Below are positions 56,797 to 64,000 of a stretch of 64,000 nt of DNA, piece after piece. Numbering within the stretch: the stretch's first letter is position 1; each line of letters opens with the position of its first letter. The notes under the pieces are model-generated. The model was not told the DNA's origin, did not search any database, and saw nothing but the letters and a program-made list of their open reading frames with translations. Origin of the DNA: Thermoplasmata archaeon (lineage in GTDB: Archaea; Thermoplasmatota; Thermoplasmata; GCA-020350865). The position numbers and the translations under genes are program-made. The DNA lies in the NCBI GenBank assembly GCA_020348445.1, contig CP070751.1, positions 3,463,551 through 3,527,550 on the forward strand, in the 5' to 3' direction.

Positions 56797-59700
56797 CTAA
56801 GGGGGTGGCGGAGGTGGTGGAGGTGGTGGAGGTGACGGTGGTGCTGTTGGCTCCTCTTCTTCATATTCAACCTCTTCTTCTGGAGTCTCTTCGTATTCTA
56901 CCTCTTCTTCTGGAGTCTCTTCGTATTCTACCTCTTCTGTTGGCTCCTCTTCATATTCAACTTCTTCTTCTGGAGCCTCTTCGTATTCACCCGGGGCTTC
57001 CTCGTATTCCTCTTCAGCATATTCCTCTTCAGCATATTCCTCTTCTGGAACCTCCTCAGGTGGTGCCGCGGCAGGTGCCGCTGCTGGAGGCATCTCCTCT
57101 TCTGCTTTTTTCCTCCTCTTGTACATGATGTATACCAGAAGCAGCACTACGATGATTATAATAAGGAACAGAAGGATCCAAAGCCAGGGGGATTCCTCCT
57201 CAGGTTCAGTTGTGGCGGAGGCAACCTCCGAGAACGGTGATTCATTACCATCCTCATCGACAGCTGTGACTGCATAATAATACTTGGTATCTGGTTTTAG
57301 GCCGCTGTGAGTGTATGTTGGTGGATCGTCGGGACCTATTTCCGTTAGCAATTCCCAGGGGTCGTCTGGCGATTTTCTGAAATATATCTTGAAACCTATA
57401 ACATTTGGATCAACAACTGGATCCAAAGTTATCTCGATTTTATTCGGCCCTTTGACCTTTAAACTCGGTTTTCCTTGTGTTGGTAGTGTGACACCTGATA
57501 CTGTTATATCGCCTGAAGAAGCAGTTACTGTGACGCTATCGTTTGTATAACTTACAGTTATGGTTCCAGTTCCTACTGTGGTGGCTGTGAATGTGGTTGA
57601 AGCGCCGGTTGTTGGTGACACTGAACCGATGCCTCCTGTTACTGTCCATGTGGCCTCTGAAACATCCCTAAGATAACCTCCTGTGGTGGTGTTATAACCT
57701 GCTGCATAATATGTATCTGTATCATCAACATAGAAGGAGGCAGTAGTGAGAATATCCCCATCACCGGATGCTGCGTCACGAATCTTGATTTCATCTACTC
57801 TGGGTGCTAGCACCAAAAGGAATCCTGTGCTGTCTTCATAATCAATACCATATGATGCAGTTACCGTGCAGGCGGTGTTGGCATCCACTTCCTGCGCAGT
57901 GAACTTCCCTGGGTCTATTAAATAGCCAACGGTACCTACATCTGTATCGTCGCTAAACCAGGAAGCACTAACATTATAAAGAAAACCAATTGTATTGTTG
58001 ATAGCTGCTGCGTAGAATTGATCTATCTCGTTTACTATGTATATTCTGTCCAAGACCTCAATACCATCTGCGTCGCGAATCATTATGTCATCCATTGTCG
58101 GTGCAAGCACAGTTAGGATGCCTGTGTAATTGCTGTAGCTTCCATAAGTCGCCATAACCCTGCATGTATCGTCAATACTTACCTGTCGGGCCGTAAAGGT
58201 GGTTGATGCGGATGAGGTAGTAGGAATCACCCTTCCAACAGTATCATCTTCGCTGTACCACACTAAAGCCACCAGATTTTCCACAAAAGCACCAGTGGTG
58301 GAATTTATACCAACCAGATAGAACACATCCGTGTCCTCAACTCCATAAGTCATGTCACCGACCCAGTTTGTACTGCCGGCTTGACTCACTATTCTTATGC
58401 TATCTGTTATCGGTGTAGTTGCTATGATGGAATATACGACGTTATCGATATGGCCTCCGAAGCTGGCGTTCAACCATACTGTGAGTCCACCTGTTGACCC
58501 GACATCGATTTGAATCGAGACAGCAGGTGTTGCACCGACCAGAGATGCATCGCCGCCTCCTGCCTCCCAATCTGCACTCACTTCATATAGGAAATCGGCT
58601 GTGTTATTGTAAGCTGAGCAGTAACCAGTTTCCTGATAATTCACATCTACTGAGCCGCCTGCAAGTGGTGTCCCGCCGGGAGTGTCTGTTATCTCAATAT
58701 AATCCACAGTTGGCAGCGGAACCCAATATTCAACTGAATCTGTCATTCCGCTATAGCTTGCGTTCAACCACACATAGTCTCCGCCTATTAGTCCCACATC
58801 GATTCCGTTCATGACACCAGGTGTTGGGTCAAGTCTTGAAGCACCAACGCCCTCCACTGTCCATGCAGCACTCACAACTCCGATGTAACCAGCGGTATCA
58901 TTATAAGCTGAGCAGTTGCCCCAGATACGGAAACCTACTGGCACTGTATCATCCTGAAGCTCCAATCCATCAGGGGTGTCCGTGATATCGATGTGGTCAA
59001 TAGTCGGTGGAAGCACAATATACTCCACACTGTCTTGCATACCAGCAGTACTGACATTCCAATACACCTTAACTGGTGTCCACCATATGATCCCCACATC
59101 GACTCCGTTCATGACGGCTGGTGTGGTGTCAAGCAGGGTTGCGTTGCCATATTCAACCTCCCAATCACCACTCACTGTACCCAACCAACCAGCGGTATTG
59201 TTGTACAAGGAGCAATAACCCCATTTCTCAAATTCCACAGGCACATTATCGTTTGGTATTGGCGTGTCGCCTGCTGTTTCAGTTATTTCGATGTAGTCAG
59301 GTGTGGGTAGAGGCACAGTATAATTGATACTATCAAAATGTATCCCGAAACTTGCGTTTAAGTATACTCTAACTCCTCCCGTTAATCCCACATTGATTCC
59401 ATTTTCGAGGGCGGGAGTGGAGCCAAGCATTGAAGCGCCAAGGCCTACCACTGTCCAATCTGCACTGACAAGGCCAATGTACCCTGCAGATTTGTTGTAT
59501 GCGGAACAGTTACCCCATTTAATAAAGCCTACAGGTACTGTGTCGTTTGAGAGCCGTATCCCGCCTGGGGTATCGGTGATGTTTATCCAATCGATTTTGT
59601 ACAAACTCACAGTAAATTCCACGGAATCTGAAAATGTCTGATATGTGGCATTCAACCATACAGAAACTGTCATATTGCCAACATGAATTCCGTTCATGAT

Positions 59701-62454
59701 CGCAGGTGAACCTCCAAGAAGTTTCGCATCACCGCCCCCAACCAACCAATCTGCATCTACTGTGCTGATGTAATCTGATGTATAATTGTAGGCCGAGCAG
59801 TAACCCCAAATTTCAGATTCATTGAGCTTCACACCACCTGGAACCGGTGCACCGTCGGGAGCATCGGTAATAAGAATGTAATCAATAGTTGGCAGCGGAA
59901 CCCAATATCTTACTGAATCATTCATTCCACTATAGGTTGCGTTCAACCACACATAGACCCCACCTGTCAGTCCCACATCGATTCCGTTCATCACGGCAGG
60001 TGTGGATCCGAGCAAGGAAGCACCAACGCCTTCTACTGTCCATGCAGCAGTCTCAACACGGATGTAGCCTGAGGTGTCATTATAAATTGAGCAGTTGCCC
60101 CAGATACGGAACCCTACTGGCACTGTATCATCCGCAAGTTCCGTTCCGTCGGGTATATCTGTAATCAGAATATAATCAGGTGTTGGCGGAATGATATCAT
60201 ACTGGACACTGTCTGAATGAGTTCCAAATGTAGCGGTCAGCGTAACTGAAATCCCGCCTGTTAACCCAACATCGATTCCATTTGTAATAGCAGGTGTTGC
60301 CCCAAGAAGTGCTGAATCACCACCACTTGCAACCCATTCTGCGTTCACTGTATCTATATAACCTGAAGTATCGTTGTATGAAGATGCATAGCCACTCTCC
60401 TGGTAGCCCACAGGCACTAAGCTATCTTTAAGTTCATCGCCATCTGGTATATCTGTGATTAAAATGTAGTCCACAGTTGGCAGGGGAACCCAATATTCTA
60501 ATGTATCTGTCATTCCACTAAAGCTTGCGTTCAACCAGACATAGACTCCACCTGTTAGTCCCACATCGATTCCGTTTAACACGGCGGGTGTGGATCCAAG
60601 CATCGAAGCGCCAACGCCTTCCACTGTCCATACAGCGCTTACAACACCGATAAAGTCTGTGGTGTCATTGTAGGCTGAGCAGTTACCCCAGATACGGAAG
60701 CCCACTGGAACTGTATCATTCAGAAGTTCATCTCCATCGGGTAAATCTGTAATTAGTATGTAATCAATCGTTGCTGTGCTCACAGTGTATTTAACACTTG
60801 TGTAGTGTGTGAGTCCGGTCACTACATCAAAATATGAAGCGTTCAGCCATACATCGACAGTTAGTGTGCCAACATTGATTCCGTGTTCGACAGCAGGTGT
60901 TGAACCAAGGGGAAATGCATTCCCACCACTAACCTCCCAATCAGCACTCACAGTATACCCAAGATATCCTAATGTATCATTGTAAGCCGAGCAGTTACCC
61001 CATTCCCAGAATCCATCAAGTACAACTCCACCACCCAAAGGCGTTCCCCCAGGTATGTCGGTTATTAGTATGTAGTCTATAGTCGCGGTACTGATCGAGT
61101 AAACAACACTATCTGTGAAGGTTAAATAGCTCGCATTCAGGTAAACGTCGACTCCGGTCATCGTACCCACATTGATGCCTGCCATAACATCTGGTGAGCT
61201 ACCAAGACGGCTTGCATCACCTCCCGCGACTTCCCAATCAGCGGATACAGTATACAGGTAACCGACTGTATCATTGTAAGCGGAGCAGTTGCCCCATTCA
61301 ATATGGCCTACAGGCACTGAGCCACCTAATAGTTGTGTTCCATTGGGGATATCAGTGATCTCAATGTAGTCCACCTCTGGCAGCATTATATCGTACTGCA
61401 CACTGGCTGTCAACGTGCTGTAACTTGCGTTCAACCAAGCAAATACTCCGCCCGTTAATCCCACATCGATTCCACCTGTGATATCAGGAGTGGATCCCAA
61501 AAACGAAGATAAACCGCCCTGTGCAGTCCAATCTGCACTCACTACACCTAAAAAGCCTGCAGTATCGTTATATGCAGAACAGTAGCCCCACTCTGTAAAA
61601 CCTACTGGTACTGGGCCCCCTCCAAGAGGTGTACCATCTGGGAGGTCAGTAATCAATATATAAGCAATCCTAGGTGCCTGAAATTGTCCGGAGCCCTCAC
61701 CAAGATACTGGCATTCGTAATTGTTTACAGTCATTGATTGGGGATCAGTGTATCCCTTGAAAACTACCTTTAGTGCATAATAATACTCATCTGATGGCAA
61801 ACCTGTATCATTGAAATACGGGTCCGTTATGGGAGCGTCTTTGGAGATCCCGGATACAATGGACCAACTGCCAGCGCTGTCATTTGTCTCGCTTCTATAA
61901 AGGGTATATCCCACAATCAGATTATAAGGATCAGGCAGAGGAGTCCAAGAGACGTTGATATAATCTGTACCATTGACGGTTATAGTCGGCACAGGTATCT
62001 TCTGTAATTCACAGGTGGGATAATAATCAGGATTGTCCCAAATGCCTGTTGTATGAGCTACATATCCTACTCTGTCCCCTCCGGCGTAAGTTCCATCCTC
62101 TCTGTTGATTACGATAACGGTGGGGTCATTCTGGTTATCTGGCCACCAGTCAATATCATTCCCGGCATTCCAATAATAAAAATCAGTTGTCCCGGCAGTG
62201 ATATTTTCCCAAATTGCACTGGTGGAAGTGCCGTTGTTCCTCCAATCCTGTCTGTAGCAAACGGCATTCCCATTTTGGGTAGCATCCCAAGCCCTCACTC
62301 CTGTTACAGAGTTTGGCTCCACATACCCCTCAACATAATTTGGGAAATAATCCGCCTTCGTGACAACGAGCATTGAGACAATTGTTGTCATAACTAGAAG
62401 GCTGGTTACTATCGCGCTAAATACAACTCGTCCTTTTCTTATTCTCATATTCAT
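56797..62454 (-). CDS. 1885-aa cell-surface protein: N-terminal and FN3-like domains, 11 ~99-aa repeats, 3 related repeats, FN3, TM, Glu/Tyr-rich and polyPro tail
   Basis: Signal peptide; GLKPDTKYYYAVTAVD FN3 motif; WLWILLFLIIIIVVLLLVYIMY-KRRKK; ends PPSPPPPPPPPPP. Confidence 0.92.
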   Translation of the reverse strand: MNMRIRKGRVVFSAIVTSLLVMTTIVSMLVVTKADYFPNYVEGYVEPNSVTGVRAWDATQNGNAVCYRQDWRNNGTSTSAIWENITAGTTDFYYWNAGNDIDWWPDNQNDPTVIVINREDGTYAGGDRVGYVAHTTGIWDNPDYYPTCELQKIPVPTITVNGTDYINVSWTPLPDPYNLIVGYTLYRSETNDSAGSWSIVSGISKDAPITDPYFNDTGLPSDEYYYALKVVFKGYTDPQSMTVNNYECQYLGEGSGQFQAPRIAYILITDLPDGTPLGGGPVPVGFTEWGYCSAYNDTAGFLGVVSADWTAQGGLSSFLGSTPDITGGIDVGLTGGVFAWLNASYSTLTASVQYDIMLPEVDYIEITDIPNGTQLLGGSVPVGHIEWGNCSAYNDTVGYLYTVSADWEVAGGDASRLGSSPDVMAGINVGTMTGVDVYLNASYLTFTDSVVYSISTATIDYILITDIPGGTPLGGGVVLDGFWEWGNCSAYNDTLGYLGYTVSADWEVSGGNAFPLGSTPAVEHGINVGTLTVDVWLNASYFDVVTGLTHYTSVKYTVSTATIDYILITDLPDGDELLNDTVPVGFRIWGNCSAYNDTTDFIGVVSAVWTVEGVGASMLGSTPAVLNGIDVGLTGGVYVWLNASFSGMTDTLEYWVPLPTVDYILITDIPDGDELKDSLVPVGYQESGYASSYNDTSGYIDTVNAEWVASGGDSALLGATPAITNGIDVGLTGGISVTLTATFGTHSDSVQYDIIPPTPDYILITDIPDGTELADDTVPVGFRIWGNCSIYNDTSGYIRVETAAWTVEGVGASLLGSTPAVMNGIDVGLTGGVYVWLNATYSGMNDSVRYWVPLPTIDYILITDAPDGAPVPGGVKLNESEIWGYCSAYNYTSDYISTVDADWLVGGGDAKLLGGSPAIMNGIHVGNMTVSVWLNATYQTFSDSVEFTVSLYKIDWINITDTPGGIRLSNDTVPVGFIKWGNCSAYNKSAGYIGLVSADWTVVGLGASMLGSTPALENGINVGLTGGVRVYLNASFGIHFDSINYTVPLPTPDYIEITETAGDTPIPNDNVPVEFEKWGYCSLYNNTAGWLGTVSGDWEVEYGNATLLDTTPAVMNGVDVGIIWWTPVKVYWNVSTAGMQDSVEYIVLPPTIDHIDITDTPDGLELQDDTVPVGFRIWGNCSAYNDTAGYIGVVSAAWTVEGVGASRLDPTPGVMNGIDVGLIGGDYVWLNASYSGMTDSVEYWVPLPTVDYIEITDTPGGTPLAGGSVDVNYQETGYCSAYNNTADFLYEVSADWEAGGGDASLVGATPAVSIQIDVGSTGGLTVWLNASFGGHIDNVVYSIIATTPITDSIRIVSQAGSTNWVGDMTYGVEDTDVFYLVGINSTTGAFVENLVALVWYSEDDTVGRVIPTTSSASTTFTARQVSIDDTCRVMATYGSYSNYTGILTVLAPTMDDIMIRDADGIEVLDRIYIVNEIDQFYAAAINNTIGFLYNVSASWFSDDTDVGTVGYLIDPGKFTAQEVDANTACTVTASYGIDYEDSTGFLLVLAPRVDEIKIRDAASGDGDILTTASFYVDDTDTYYAAGYNTTTGGYLRDVSEATWTVTGGIGSVSPTTGASTTFTATTVGTGTITVSYTNDSVTVTASSGDITVSGVTLPTQGKPSLKVKGPNKIEITLDPVVDPNVIGFKIYFRKSPDDPWELLTEIGPDDPPTYTHSGLKPDTKYYYAVTAVDEDGNESPFSEVASATTEPEEESPWLWILLFLIIIIVVLLLVYIMYKRRKKAEEEMPPAAAPAAAPPEEVPEEEYAEEEYAEEEYEEAPGEYEEAPEEEVEYEEEPTEEVEYEETPEEEVEYEETPEEEVEYEEEEPTAPPSPPPPPPPPPPP
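56871..56990 (-). repeat. Four tandem 30-nt units encoding EEEVEYEETP-like repeats
   Basis: 56871-56900 and 56901-56930 are identical; the next two units are degenerate. Confidence 0.9.
58405..61668 (-). repeat. 11 tandem ~99-aa coding repeats
   Basis: Consensus xDYIxITDxPxG...VPVG...WGNCSAYNDT.G....VSADW...GG.AS.LGSTPA..NGIDVG..GGV.VWLNAS. Confidence 0.88.
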
Positions 62455-62539
62455 TCACCTCAATTCCATTACCTACGGGTATCGTAGGTTTCCCCTTATC
62501 TAATTGATTCTGAGATCGTGAATACGAAAGCCGACAGTC

Positions 62540-64000
62540 TTAAGGTGGTGGCGGTATGCCTCCCTCATCCGGCGGTACATCCTCCTCTGGGGGTGGCACA
62601 TCCTCCTCCGGTGGTGCCTCTTCCTCTGGTGGGGGGACCTCCTCCTCCGATGGTGCCTCTTCCGAGGGCACTTCTTCCTCAGGAGGCATCTCTTCCTCAG
62701 GTGGTGCCTCTTCTGGGGGTAATTCTTCCTCTGGAGGCGGTACCTCTTCTTCAGGCGGTGCCTCTTCTGGAGGCATCTCTTCCTCTGGGAGAGGTGGAGC
62801 CGCTGGTTTGCGCTTCTTTAAGAGCACGAACAATAATATCAGTATTATAATAATTATTATAGGTAATATTAGGAGTGCTACCGGGAATTCCTCCTCCTCT
62901 TTCTTCCATTTGCTGGCATCCAAGGGATATTCGTCCTCTTTGTCGTTGTGACCATCGCCATCGGTGTCAGGATTTAGAGGATTGGTCTCTGTTCCTTCAT
63001 CCCAAACACCGTTGCCATTTTTGTCCTCCTCTGCATCGGTTAAGCCGTCATTGTCATCATCTGGGTCCGCGAGGTTGAAGGTATTGTCGCCATCTGTATC
63101 TGCATCACAGGTGGCTGATGCTGTATCTGAATGATCTGAATAATTTGGTGTTGGAGCATTGTCCACGGCAACGATGTAGTAGTAATATGTGGTTCCATCA
63201 ACACACCCCGAATCCGTATATGCTGCATCAGTTACCAGAGCGTCAGTGTTCACCAATTCGAATCCAGTATCGGCTGAGGTTGATCTATAGATATTGTATC
63301 CTGCCAAATCAGTCTCTGTATTAGCGGTCCATGATAGATCCAATGCACCTCCGGCAGCAACCTGAGCAACGGTAAGACCAGTTGGTTTTGCAGGCGGGAT
63401 TGTATCAGTGACAGTTATTGTAACGGTTTTGGTCATTCCACCAAAGGTGGCATTCAGATATCCCGATCCTGCGGTTGTGGCCTCAAATTGTGTCGATGTT
63501 CCTGTTGGTGGGGTAACAGTGCCCACCACAGCGCTCTCTACTGTCCATGTCGCCTCTCCGGTGCCAATATAAACTCCAGTTCCCGTGGCGTTGTAACGTG
63601 CACAATAATAATTTCTGGTTCCACCTGGTGCAAAGGAATCTGTGGTGATTTCATTGGCATAACCGCCTGCTGCATCTTCTATTCTGAAATAATCGAACGT
63701 TGGAGCCAACACAGTTAAATCACCAGTTGAGAAATCAATACCTGGTGCATAAGTGGCAGTTACAGTGCAAGTACCAGTGGTTGATATGCTTTGTGCAGTG
63801 AATGTCGTGGACGATCCAGTGGGAGTCACCGTACCCACTCCGGGTGTATCGCTTTCCCAGTCAACACTTCTTACTCCAATATTATCTGCTGTATTGTTGA
63901 AACCAATGGCAAAAAATGTATCTGTTTCTAGAATTCCGTAAGTCATTGTATCAATGACATTACCACTCACAGCTGCATCGTGTATCTGGATGTAATCCAC
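62540..64000 (-). CDS. Cell-surface protein, C-terminal part (5' end outside window): Ig-like repeats, FN3, TSP3-like repeats, TM, Glu/Pro-rich tail
   Basis: PPAKPTGL...DLAGYNIYRS...TYYYYIVAVD; DTDGD repeats; ALLILPIIIIIILILLFVLL-KKRKP; EEAPPEEE repeats. Confidence 0.9.
   Translation of the reverse strand: MDYIQIHDAAVSGNVIDTMTYGILETDTFFAIGFNNTADNIGVRSVDWESDTPGVGTVTPTGSSTTFTAQSISTTGTCTVTATYAPGIDFSTGDLTVLAPTFDYFRIEDAAGGYANEITTDSFAPGGTRNYYCARYNATGTGVYIGTGEATWTVESAVVGTVTPPTGTSTQFEATTAGSGYLNATFGGMTKTVTITVTDTIPPAKPTGLTVAQVAAGGALDLSWTANTETDLAGYNIYRSTSADTGFELVNTDALVTDAAYTDSGCVDGTTYYYYIVAVDNAPTPNYSDHSDTASATCDADTDGDNTFNLADPDDDNDGLTDAEEDKNGNGVWDEGTETNPLNPDTDGDGHNDKEDEYPLDASKWKKEEEEFPVALLILPIIIIIILILLFVLLKKRKPAAPPLPEEEMPPEEAPPEEEVPPPEEELPPEEAPPEEEMPPEEEVPSEEAPSEEEVPPPEEEAPPEEDVPPPEEDVPPDEGGIPPPP

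Noticed and set aside
1-64000. CRISPR array, tRNA/rRNA genes, transposases, integrases
   Set aside because: No regularly spaced repeat-spacer array, cloverleaf/T-loop motif or recombinase ORF seen; the tandem repeats present are all coding.

Overview
Archaeal chromosome segment, most likely Thermoplasmata. This is inferred from archaeal-type L1/P0/L12, aIF5B, TBP, Taw3, a DUF6015-like protein, Rab-like GTPases and Hdr genes with no mcr in the window. Both ends carry very large single-pass, Ca-binding, repeat-rich surface proteins (5 genes, 2 cut by the window edges) with acidic or polyproline cytoplasmic tails. The 8.8-28.5 kb stretch is mostly housekeeping: DMT, taw3, beta-CASP RNase, infB, rpl1-P0-L12 with a uL1-binding leader, vapBC, KaiC-like ATPase, MPE-Lhr, gdhA. 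The 29-47.5 kb stretch is accessory: orphans, a broken ferredoxin, thiC, a divergent TBP, and an hdrC-hdrB-(mvhD remnant)-hdrD-hdrA'-hdrA''-mvhD-hdrD cluster. It is followed by a decaying array of small AbrB-type regulators and TauE sulfite exporters sharing a TTGGnTTnAnACCAA palindrome. Then come a G3PDH-like operon, a DHS-family gene, a second Rab-like GTPase, a CaCA antiporter and an ABC-2 exporter. The best novelty candidates are a 99-bp two-hairpin intergenic element present twice, the AbrB/TauE/operator cassette array beside Hdr, three genes with near-cognate start codons, and the receptor-like surface-protein tails. No tRNA, rRNA, CRISPR array or transposase was seen. All family calls are from motif recognition by eye, not database searches.
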